From the NCBI GenBank assembly GCA_046154735.1, contig JBJXFJ010000245.1:1-55717 (forward strand): a DNA stretch of 55,717 bases, read 5' to 3'. Within the stretch, counting starts at the first letter, position 1. Each line of letters starts with the position of its first letter. Shown in pieces: positions 48,360 to 55,717 of the stretch. The stretch comes from Chloroflexota bacterium (GTDB taxonomy: Bacteria > Chloroflexota > UBA6077 > JACCZL01). The position numbers and the translations under genes were made by a program. The notes beneath the pieces are model-generated. The model was not told the origin of the DNA. It made no database searches and worked only from the letters and a program-made list of their open reading frames with translations.

Positions 48360-49016
48360 ATGATACCGGCTGGCGTGGATGTTGGCGCTCCCGCACGCTG
48401 GGTAAGCATCCGTCGCGCCTGTGAGCTGCTCGGAGTGAATCAGGCAACGCTTCGTCATTGGACGGATGCCGGGAAAGTCCGTGCGTACGTGACCCCTGGC
48501 GGCCATCGCCGCTATCTTGAGGATGACCTCCATCAGCTTACCGAAGCGGCGCCCACCATGGGTGCCAGCCTGAGCGCCGCGCTACTCTCGAGTCGCGAAC
48601 GCTATGGTCAGATCGAGCGACGCGGACTACCGGACCATGATTGGCTTCATTCACTGGACCCAACGGAGCGCCAGCACTTTCGCACGCTTGGCGCATCCAT
48701 GCTCCATCAGCTCACCGCATTTGTACTGGCGGGAACAAAGCGAGAGCGAGAGCGGAGCTTGCGCGATGGATCCGGTGTCGCGGTTGAATACGGCCAGATG
48801 TCAGCCCGGCTCGGACTCTCGCTTCATGACGCCATGCAAGCGTTTCTCTTCTTTCGAAACCCCGTGGTGGAAAGCGTCACCCGTTGGTTTGGCGACCAGT
48901 CACAGCGTGGCCCCCGCGTGGCGGATGCACTGATCCGTGTGAATCAATTCATGGATCACGTCCTCCTGGCCATGACTCGTGCACATGAAGACTCGGTGCG
49001 GCCTGGTTCCTCATGA
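48360..49016 (+). CDS. MerR/excisionase-type helix-turn-helix regulator with helical C-terminal sensor-like domain
   Basis: N-terminal HTH is WVSIRRACELLGVNQATLRHWTDAGKVRAYVTPGGHRRY. The C-terminal 150 aa are helical and resemble RsbRD_N-type domains (pattern recalled, not verified). The start is probably ATG 48360; track TTG 48339 lies inside the tandem repeats. The stop overlaps the sirC ATG (ATGA). Confidence 0.7.
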   Translation: MIPAGVDVGAPARWVSIRRACELLGVNQATLRHWTDAGKVRAYVTPGGHRRYLEDDLHQLTEAAPTMGASLSAALLSSRERYGQIERRGLPDHDWLHSLDPTERQHFRTLGASMLHQLTAFVLAGTKRERERSLRDGSGVAVEYGQMSARLGLSLHDAMQAFLFFRNPVVESVTRWFGDQSQRGPRVADALIRVNQFMDHVLLAMTRAHEDSVRPGSS

Positions 49017-49663
49017 CAGAGGTGTACCCCATCTTTGTTCGCGCGGATCGGCTGCGGTGCGTTGTCATTGGGGGAGGGCCGGTGGCGGCACGTAAACTTC
49101 GCGGACTGAGAGACGCGGGTGCGCGTGTGACCGTGATTGCGCCAGACATCCACCCGGACATAGCGGCAATGGTCGAATCTGAACACGTTCATGTCCTGCG
49201 GAGAGTCGCTTGTGATGAAGACGTTGAGCATGCCGAGCTTGTCTTCCTGGCCACGTCTGACCGAGCTGTGAACATGCAACTCGAGATAGTCGCTCGGGCC
49301 GGGGGTGCGCTCGTGAATCGAGCGGATTCGCCGGAGGATGGAACATTTCACGTGCCGGCGGTGCTCCGTCGGGGAGACATCACGGTCGCCCTAGCAACGG
49401 GTGGACGTGGTCCCGCATTTTCGCGGATGATGCGGGACGAGCTAGAAGGAACACTCACTGCCGAGCGAGTCGAATTGCTCCACGTCATCGCCGAAGCCCG
49501 GGAGACCGCCCATGCCGCGGGCATCACGATCAGCGGCGACGCCTGGAAGAACGCGGTTGATGATGAAGTACGATTCCTGGCACGCACGGGCAACAGAGCA
49601 GGTGCCGTGCGCCGCATCCTTGACCAGGTATCGGCTCTAGCCTCAGCGGTGCCGGCCCAATGA
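49013..49663 (+). CDS. sirC: Precorrin-2 dehydrogenase / sirohydrochlorin ferrochelatase (siroheme synthase N-terminal-domain type)
   Basis: 216-aa ORF with the Rossmann motif VVIGGGPVAARKLRGLRDAGARVTVIAP, in hem-operon context. Confidence 0.85.
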   Translation: MTEVYPIFVRADRLRCVVIGGGPVAARKLRGLRDAGARVTVIAPDIHPDIAAMVESEHVHVLRRVACDEDVEHAELVFLATSDRAVNMQLEIVARAGGALVNRADSPEDGTFHVPAVLRRGDITVALATGGRGPAFSRMMRDELEGTLTAERVELLHVIAEARETAHAAGITISGDAWKNAVDDEVRFLARTGNRAGAVRRILDQVSALASAVPAQ

Positions 49664-50922
49664 CCCTTGTGGTAGTTGGCGTCAGTCACCACAACACGCC
49701 CCTCACATTGCGTGAGCGATTGGCATTCCCACCCGATGAGCTTGGTGCGGCGGTACTTCGGCTGGGCCAATTTGCCCATGAGGGCGTCATTCTTTCAACC
49801 TGCAACCGCACTGAGATTTACGCCGATGTCGGTCACCCGCGCTCCGGGAGGGAAGCCCTGATTCGCTTCCTGGCCGACTCGCGCGACGTTCCGGTTGAGG
49901 ATTTGCAGTCCAGTGCGACATCGTTCGGTCAACAAGACGCCGTTCGACACCTCTTTCGCGTGAGCGCGGGACTGGACTCCATGATCGTGGGGGAGCCCCA
50001 AATTCTCGGGCAACTGCGCACGTCATTCGAAGTCGCGCGTCAACATCAATCGCTCAGTGCAACGATGTCGCGACTGTTTGAGCAAGCATTGGCCACGGGC
50101 AAGCGAGTGAGAACCGAGACTGACATCGCTCGGAACGCGGTCAGCATCAGCTACGCGGCAGTCGACCTTGCGCGGAATGTCCTGCAGGATTTGCACGGGA
50201 AAACCGCGCTCGTAATTGGCGCGGGGAAAATGGGTGAGCTCACCGTGCGGACCTTGCGGGCCCACGGCATCAGCCAGCTCATTGTGGCCAGTCGCGGCCT
50301 CGCCAGTGCCCAACGGCTCGCGGAGCGACTTGGCGGTGAGCCATGCACGCTCGAGGCGATCGACATCGCTCTCGCCGCCGCTGACATCGTCATAAGTTCG
50401 ACGGCATCAGGAACGCACATACTCGAGGCCGCCGATGTGGAACGATGTATGGCCATGCGCCCAAACCGCTCGATGCTCGTCGTGGACATCGCCGTACCGC
50501 GTGACATTGCACCGGAAGTGGCAGGTATTCCGAACGTTCATCTGTACAACATCGATGACCTCGAGGACATCTGCTCTCGAAATCTCACGGTTCGCCAGCT
50601 GGAGCTGCCGCGAGCCGAGCAGCTCATCGAGGAAGAAGTTGCTCGGTTCGAGTCTTGGCGTGAAAGCCGGGAGATCGCCCCGCTGATTCGTTCGCTCGTG
50701 GGTCATGCGGAATCAATCCGGCAGGCCGAGCTGGAGCGGGCGCTTGCTCGCCTGGCCGGGCTGTCCGACCGCGATCGAAACGTTGTTCAGGCACTATCCG
50801 TAGCCCTGGTGAACAAGCTACTCCATGACCCGATCACCCGCCTCAAGGCATCCGCGCCTGACCATGATGGTCGAGCGTACGCCCGCACTGTGCGCGACCT
50901 CTTCAGCCTGGCAGAGGATTGA
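49660..50922 (+). CDS. hemA: Glutamyl-tRNA reductase
   Basis: 420-aa ORF with HemA motifs (LSTCNRTEIY, VIGAGKMGEL). Confidence 0.95.
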   Translation: MTLVVVGVSHHNTPLTLRERLAFPPDELGAAVLRLGQFAHEGVILSTCNRTEIYADVGHPRSGREALIRFLADSRDVPVEDLQSSATSFGQQDAVRHLFRVSAGLDSMIVGEPQILGQLRTSFEVARQHQSLSATMSRLFEQALATGKRVRTETDIARNAVSISYAAVDLARNVLQDLHGKTALVIGAGKMGELTVRTLRAHGISQLIVASRGLASAQRLAERLGGEPCTLEAIDIALAAADIVISSTASGTHILEAADVERCMAMRPNRSMLVVDIAVPRDIAPEVAGIPNVHLYNIDDLEDICSRNLTVRQLELPRAEQLIEEEVARFESWRESREIAPLIRSLVGHAESIRQAELERALARLAGLSDRDRNVVQALSVALVNKLLHDPITRLKASAPDHDGRAYARTVRDLFSLAED

Positions 50923-51857
50923 CGCGGGAGATCATGGCTAGGCCGTTGCGCCTGGTCTCCCGGGGCAGCCAACTGGCGTTGACTCAGTCACACTATGTGA
51001 TTGCTCTGCTGGAACCCTTTCTGGGAGACACGAGCATCATCATTGAAACCGTGACGACGCGCGGCGATGCGCGCCAGGATGTCTCACTCACGCAGCTTGG
51101 TGAAGGTGTCTTTGTGAAGGCGCTCGAGGCCGAACTGCTCAATGGGCATGCTGACTTCGCAGTGCATTCTCTCAAAGACGTTCCGTCAGCGGAGACCGAT
51201 GGTCTCATTATCGCCTCGGTGCCCACACGTGAAGACCCACGCGATGCCCTGGTGACACGAGATGGGCGAAGCTTTAGCGAATTGGCAGAAGGAGCGCTCC
51301 TGGCCACCGGCAGCCCCCGCAGAGTTGCCCAACTCCGTGCGCTCCGACCTGATCTCCGATTCACAGGAATTCGAGGCAACGTCGGGACACGCCTGCGCAA
51401 GCTCGATGAAGGCGTTACCGATGGGCTCGTCATGGCGGTTGCAGGACTCAGCCGGCTCGGGCTTCAGGACCGGATCGCCACGGTGTTTTCACTCGATGAA
51501 TGCACGCCGGCGGCCGGCCAGGGCGCGCTTGGAGCGCAGTGCCGAGCCAACGACGATACAATGCTCCCCTTGCTCGGATCCATCGACGATTCAGGAGCCC
51601 ATGCCGAGACCCGCGCCGAACGATCGTTCCTCGCGGCAATTGGCGGTGGCTGCCAGGTGCCAGTGGGTGCACTGGCCACTCGTGAAGGAAACACACTGCG
51701 GCTTCGCGCAGTAGTCGCGGACCCTCACGGTCAGATCGTTGTGCGCTCTAACCAGGTTGGAAGCCCTGATAACGCTGACCTTATTGGCCAGGCGGCAGCC
51801 AGTGAACTGGAAGAGACATTGAAGCGCTTCCAGGTCGCCCTGACGAGACCATCATGA
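50919..51857 (+). CDS. hemC: Porphobilinogen deaminase (hydroxymethylbilane synthase)
   Basis: 312-aa ORF with HemC motifs (SRGSQLAL-Q, HSLKDVP, RGNV-TRL-KL, and the cofactor Cys in GGGCQVP). The start is TTG 50919 (TTGA overlap with the hemA stop) or ATG 50934. Confidence 0.93.
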   Translation: MTREIMARPLRLVSRGSQLALTQSHYVIALLEPFLGDTSIIIETVTTRGDARQDVSLTQLGEGVFVKALEAELLNGHADFAVHSLKDVPSAETDGLIIASVPTREDPRDALVTRDGRSFSELAEGALLATGSPRRVAQLRALRPDLRFTGIRGNVGTRLRKLDEGVTDGLVMAVAGLSRLGLQDRIATVFSLDECTPAAGQGALGAQCRANDDTMLPLLGSIDDSGAHAETRAERSFLAAIGGGCQVPVGALATREGNTLRLRAVVADPHGQIVVRSNQVGSPDNADLIGQAAASELEETLKRFQVALTRPS

Positions 51858-53392
51858 CCGGATCCGTGTCTCTGGTGGGGGCCGGCCCGGGCCATCCTGG
51901 CTTACTCACGGTGCGGGCCAGGGAATGCCTTGAGCGGGCCACGGTCATCGTGCATGATCGGCTCATCCCGCTAGAGGTTCTCGAACTTGCGCCGTCATCG
52001 GCGCGGCGGATCTACGTTGGCAAGGGGCCCAGAGAGCATGCAGTGCCGCAGGACGGCATCAATGACCTCCTTGTGCAGCTCGGAAGCGCGGGCGAACGCG
52101 TTGTACGGCTCAAGGGCGGCGACCCATTCGTCTTCGGTCGGGGCGGAGAGGAGGCGCTGTCATTGAGGCAGCACGGAATTCCGTTTGAGATCGTTCCCGG
52201 CGTAAGCTCAGCCATCGCGGTGCCGGCCTTCGCCGGGATTCCGGTTACTCATCGGGGAATCGCGGCATCATTTACCGTGCTCACCGGTCATGAAGACCCG
52301 TCTAAGCCGGAAAGTGCCCATCACTGGCCTGAGATCGCAAACGGCGCGGATACACTCATCGTGCTCATGGGCGTAGAGCAGATGGGCGAGATTGTGGATC
52401 GGCTGCTCGCCTGTGGACGACCAGCCGATCAGCCTGCGGCTATCGTCCAATGGGGAACCACCCCGCGGCAGGTAACCGTGAGCGGCACACTCAACACCAT
52501 CGTTGCCAAGGCCCAGAGCCAGTCTGTGAAGCCACCCGCCATTCTGATTGTCGGTGAAGTCGCGGCGCTCCGTGATGAATTGTCCTGGTTTGACCGGCTG
52601 CCTCTCTTCGGGCTGCGTATTCTAGTCACCCGATCCCGTGAGCAATCCAGCACGCTCGTCCAGCGTCTACGAGAGCAGGGGGCCGCACCCATTGAGCTTC
52701 CCGCAATTGACATCCAGCCGGTTGACGACCTGGCGGCACTGGACGCGACAATGGAAGCCCTGGACACGCTGGACTGGATAATCTTCACGAGTGCCAATGG
52801 CGTGCGTGCCACGATGGACAGAATGGTGTCCACCGGCCGCGATGCGCGTAATCTTGCCGGAGTACGCATCTGCGCGATTGGCCCGGTCACCGCGCGCGCA
52901 CTCCAACGGTACGGGCTGCGAGCGGACCTGATCCCAGAAAAATTCATCTCAACCGAGATTGTCCGAGCATTTTCAGAGCTCGACATCAAAGGTGCCAGGC
53001 TTGCTTTGTTCCGGAGCGACATCGCTCCGGATGCCATTGTGGCCGACCTTCGCGCGCTCGGTGCATCAGTGGAGTCGATAACGTCTTACCAAACCGTTCC
53101 TGTTGAACATCGAGCTAAGGAGCTCCGTGACCTACTGGATCACGACGCCATTGACGTGCTCACATTCACCAGCTCATCCACGGTGCGGAACTTTCTGAGC
53201 GCGGCAGGAGACGAGCGACGTCAGCTCGCGCAACGGATTCCCTGCGTCTGTATTGGTCCCGTGACCGCCAATGCAGCTCGAGAGCAGGGGCTCCAGGTTG
53301 CGGCGGTTGCCACTGAATACACGGTGGATGGATTGCTCGCCACGCTGGTTGAATGGAGATCGAGTCTCCAGAATCAGGAGGAAAAACAGTGA
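51854..53392 (+). CDS. cobA-hemD: Fused uroporphyrinogen-III C-methyltransferase / uroporphyrinogen-III synthase
   Basis: 512-aa ORF. The N-terminal half has SUMT motifs ([27 protein letters not shown]). The C-terminal half is HemD-like ([25 protein letters not shown]). Confidence 0.92.
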   Translation: MTGSVSLVGAGPGHPGLLTVRARECLERATVIVHDRLIPLEVLELAPSSARRIYVGKGPREHAVPQDGINDLLVQLGSAGERVVRLKGGDPFVFGRGGEEALSLRQHGIPFEIVPGVSSAIAVPAFAGIPVTHRGIAASFTVLTGHEDPSKPESAHHWPEIANGADTLIVLMGVEQMGEIVDRLLACGRPADQPAAIVQWGTTPRQVTVSGTLNTIVAKAQSQSVKPPAILIVGEVAALRDELSWFDRLPLFGLRILVTRSREQSSTLVQRLREQGAAPIELPAIDIQPVDDLAALDATMEALDTLDWIIFTSANGVRATMDRMVSTGRDARNLAGVRICAIGPVTARALQRYGLRADLIPEKFISTEIVRAFSELDIKGARLALFRSDIAPDAIVADLRALGASVESITSYQTVPVEHRAKELRDLLDHDAIDVLTFTSSSTVRNFLSAAGDERRQLAQRIPCVCIGPVTANAAREQGLQVAAVATEYTVDGLLATLVEWRSSLQNQEEKQ

Positions 53393-54369
53393 CAAGCAGC
53401 TTTCCGTCACTGCGCATGCGCCGACTCCGGCGCACGGAGACAATGCGTCGGATGGTCCGGGAGACCGCAATATCACCATCCGACTTCATCTATCCCTTCT
53501 TCGTCACTGGAGGCCACGGCGTTCGCCAGGACGTCTCATCGATGCCCGGGGTAGCACAGGTGTCCGTGGACGAGCTCACGAAGGATGCCCGTGAGATCCG
53601 ACCACTTGGGATTCCCGCCGTTCTCCTCTTTGGATTACCGGAGAGCAAGGATGAGCTCGGATCACAGGCCTATGCCCGCGATGGCATTGTGCAGGTCGCC
53701 ATCCGTGAGCTCAAAGATCAGTGTCCTGAGTTGATCGTGGTGGCGGATCTGTGCCTCTGCGAATACACCAGCCACGGCCACTGTGGCGTCGTCCAGAACG
53801 GTGGGGTGGAGAATGACGCGACCCTGGAGTTACTGAATCGTACGGCACTTGCCCAGGCGGAGGCCGGTGCGGACATCATTGCTCCATCCGATATGATGGA
53901 CGGACGCATTGGCTCGATCCGAAACGCGCTCGACGCGCAGGGTTTCTCCGAAGCCGCTATCATGGCGTACTCGGCCAAATTCGCGTCCGGATTTTATGGT
54001 CCGTTTCGGGAAGCTGCCGATAGCACCCCACAATTTGGCGACCGGTGGTCGTACCAGATGGACCCTGCAAACGGACGCGAAGCGCTCCGCGAGATTGAGC
54101 TGGACATCAATGAAGGCGCGGACTTCATGATGGTAAAGCCGGCGCTTGCCTACTTGGATCTCATCCGCGCCGCTCGAGAGCGGTTTGATCTTCCGCTCGT
54201 CGCCTACAACGTCAGCGGCGAGTACTCAATGGTCAAAGCCGCCGCGGCAAATGGCTGGCTAGACGAGGAACGTGTCACCATGGAAATTCTTACGGGCATC
54301 AAGCGTGCGGGCGCCGACTTGATCATTTCGTACCACGCGCCAGACGTCTGCCGGTGGCTGGGCGCATGA
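53389..54369 (+). CDS. hemB: Porphobilinogen synthase (delta-aminolevulinic acid dehydratase)
   Basis: HemB motifs are present (RRLRR, Cys-rich zinc site [14 protein letters not shown], active-site Lys regions). The start is set to GTG 53389, which forms GTGA with the upstream stop and follows AGGAGG (53376-53381) by 7 nt. The track start is 53353. Confidence 0.95.
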   Translation: MTSSFPSLRMRRLRRTETMRRMVRETAISPSDFIYPFFVTGGHGVRQDVSSMPGVAQVSVDELTKDAREIRPLGIPAVLLFGLPESKDELGSQAYARDGIVQVAIRELKDQCPELIVVADLCLCEYTSHGHCGVVQNGGVENDATLELLNRTALAQAEAGADIIAPSDMMDGRIGSIRNALDAQGFSEAAIMAYSAKFASGFYGPFREAADSTPQFGDRWSYQMDPANGREALREIELDINEGADFMMVKPALAYLDLIRAARERFDLPLVAYNVSGEYSMVKAAAANGWLDEERVTMEILTGIKRAGADLIISYHAPDVCRWLGA

Positions 54370-55658
54370 GCGCGGGACCACATTCCACACAGCTCTTTCA
54401 GCGCGCTGAAGCGGTCATCCCCGGTGGCGTGAACAGCCCTGTCCGGGCGTTCCGATCCGTCGGTGGCCAGCCGCTGTTCATACAGAGTGGGTCCGGCGCA
54501 CATATTCGGGACGTGGACGGCGTCGAATATCTCGACTATGTAAGCTCATGGGGACCATTGATACTCGGGCATTCGCATCCGGCGGTCATCGAGGCTATCG
54601 AATGTGCCGCGCGTGGCGTAACCAGCTTCGGTGCGCCGACTGAAGCGGAGGTGGAGCTGGCTGAGCTCATCGTTACTTCGGTACCCTCAATTGAGATGGT
54701 TCGGCTAGTCAATTCCGGTACCGAAGCAACCATGACCGCGATCCGTCTTGCGCGCGGATTTACCGGGCGCAATAAGATCGTGAAGTTTGACGGCTGTTAC
54801 CACGGGCATGCTGACGGCCTCCTCGTGAAGGCCGGCTCGGGCGCGCTCACGCTGGGCACGCCCGACAGTCCGGGTGTGCCTCCCGGCCTGGCCAGTGAAA
54901 CGATCAGCGCAAGCTACAACAATCTCGAGAGCGTGCAACGCGCGTTTGAGCAATTTGGTCCCGATATCGCGTGTGTCATCATTGAGCCCGTGGCCGGCAA
55001 TATGGGCGTGGTGCCCCCTACCGCGGGTTTCCTGGAAGGCGTGCGCGAGATCACACAACGTGCCGGAGCATTACTCATTTTCGATGAAGTGATCACCGGG
55101 TTCCGCGTCCATTTCGGTGGGGCTCAGTCCCTCTTGGGCATTACGCCAGATCTCACTTGCCTGGGGAAAATCATCGGGGGAGGGCTGCCCGTAGGCGCGT
55201 ACGGCGGGCGACGCGAGATCATGGAGCGCGTGGCGCCGATTGGCCCCATCTATCAGGCCGGGACACTCTCAGGAAACCCCATTGCCGTTGCAGCGGGACT
55301 GGCAACCCTGCGTGCGCTGCAGCAGCCGGGCACCTACGAACGCCTCGAGCAGCTTGGTGAGCGTCTGAGCAGCGGAATCAAGGCCGCGGCTGCGGAACAT
55401 GGCATTTCCGTGCATTCAAATCGCGTGGGTTCGATGATGACAGCGTTCTTCACCGCTCACGACGTTATTGACTACGAAAGCGCCAAGACATCCAGCACTG
55501 AGCGCTACGCCCGATTTTTCCAGGAGATGCTCAGTCGCGGCAGCTACTTTGCCCCATCCCAATTTGAGGCTGCTTTCGTCAGTCTCGCCCACACTCAGCG
55601 AGACATCGATCACACCATCGGCGCGGCTCAAGAAGCGATGGCTGCACTCAGCGCATAG
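54366..55658 (+). CDS. hemL: Glutamate-1-semialdehyde 2,1-aminomutase
   Basis: Class III aminotransferase with GSA-AM motifs ([28 protein letters not shown]). The start is set to ATG 54366, which overlaps the hemB TGA as ATGA. The track start is GTG 54354. Confidence 0.96.
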   Translation: MSAGPHSTQLFQRAEAVIPGGVNSPVRAFRSVGGQPLFIQSGSGAHIRDVDGVEYLDYVSSWGPLILGHSHPAVIEAIECAARGVTSFGAPTEAEVELAELIVTSVPSIEMVRLVNSGTEATMTAIRLARGFTGRNKIVKFDGCYHGHADGLLVKAGSGALTLGTPDSPGVPPGLASETISASYNNLESVQRAFEQFGPDIACVIIEPVAGNMGVVPPTAGFLEGVREITQRAGALLIFDEVITGFRVHFGGAQSLLGITPDLTCLGKIIGGGLPVGAYGGRREIMERVAPIGPIYQAGTLSGNPIAVAAGLATLRALQQPGTYERLEQLGERLSSGIKAAAAEHGISVHSNRVGSMMTAFFTAHDVIDYESAKTSSTERYARFFQEMLSRGSYFAPSQFEAAFVSLAHTQRDIDHTIGAAQEAMAALSA

Positions 55659-55701
55659 CGCCAATGTTCGGCCGAGCCCACTCCAAGATGAGGGGAGGGG
55701 C

Positions 55702-55717
55702 ATGAACCTATTGCAGA
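55702..55717 (+). CDS. Start of an unidentified downstream gene (5 codons only, MNLLQ)
   Basis: ATG 55702 is preceded by the purine-rich GAGGGGAGGGG (55690-55700). It is too short to identify. Confidence 0.3.

Overview
GC-rich bacterial chromosomal window, densely packed and almost entirely housekeeping. About 50 CDS are supported. I saw no rRNA, tRNA, CRISPR array, transposase, integrase or recognisable defence genes.

Layout:
- Minus-strand block 1-19602: gcvT 5' end, secA, prs, an HDAC-family deacetylase, ftsH, hpt, tilS, an FtsB/DivIC-like protein, a PD40/TolB-like protein, and a complete pyrR-pyrB-pyrC-carA-carB-pyrK-pyrD operon with a readable PyrR attenuator leader.
- Plus-strand islet 20126-23180: a PucR-family regulator whose stop overlaps the glnA start. 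Two same-orientation copies of an 80-95 bp hairpin repeat bracket it.
- 23181-23824: a 644-bp gene-free, helix-rich gap.
- Minus-strand block 23825-28368: recX, recA, cinA-C/pncC, rimO, a RodZ-like protein.
- Plus strand 28895-33162: aroC-aroK-aroB and an LCP-family protein.
- 34292-42158: a cell-envelope glycan locus with GT4, a priming sugar-phosphate transferase, GT4, two tandem Wzz/PCP-like proteins, a BY-kinase, rmlA-like and rmlB.
- Then purA, a glycogen-debranching-type enzyme, an isolated small secreted His/Cys protein, and a divergent orphan MurG-like GT28.
- 48360-55658: a seven-gene tetrapyrrole operon (HTH regulator, sirC, hemA, hemC, cobA-hemD, hemB, hemL) chained by 4-nt start/stop overlaps.

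The gene content (pyrR/pyrK, cinA-recA-recX, LCP, split modulator plus BY-kinase) suggests a monoderm-type high-GC lineage, possibly Chloroflexota/Thermomicrobia-like. That is inference only.

I did not find a convincing new multi-gene protein system. The best candidates for something undescribed are non-coding:
- the 644-bp structured gap after glnA;
- the paired hairpin repeats;
- a thrice-repeated 9-mer in the 526-bp rodZ/aroC divergent region;
- a 3 x 10-bp AT-rich tandem repeat in front of the hem-operon regulator.

Several ORF-track starts look too long, and I moved them to starts better supported by family N-termini, Shine-Dalgarno sequences or start/stop coupling.
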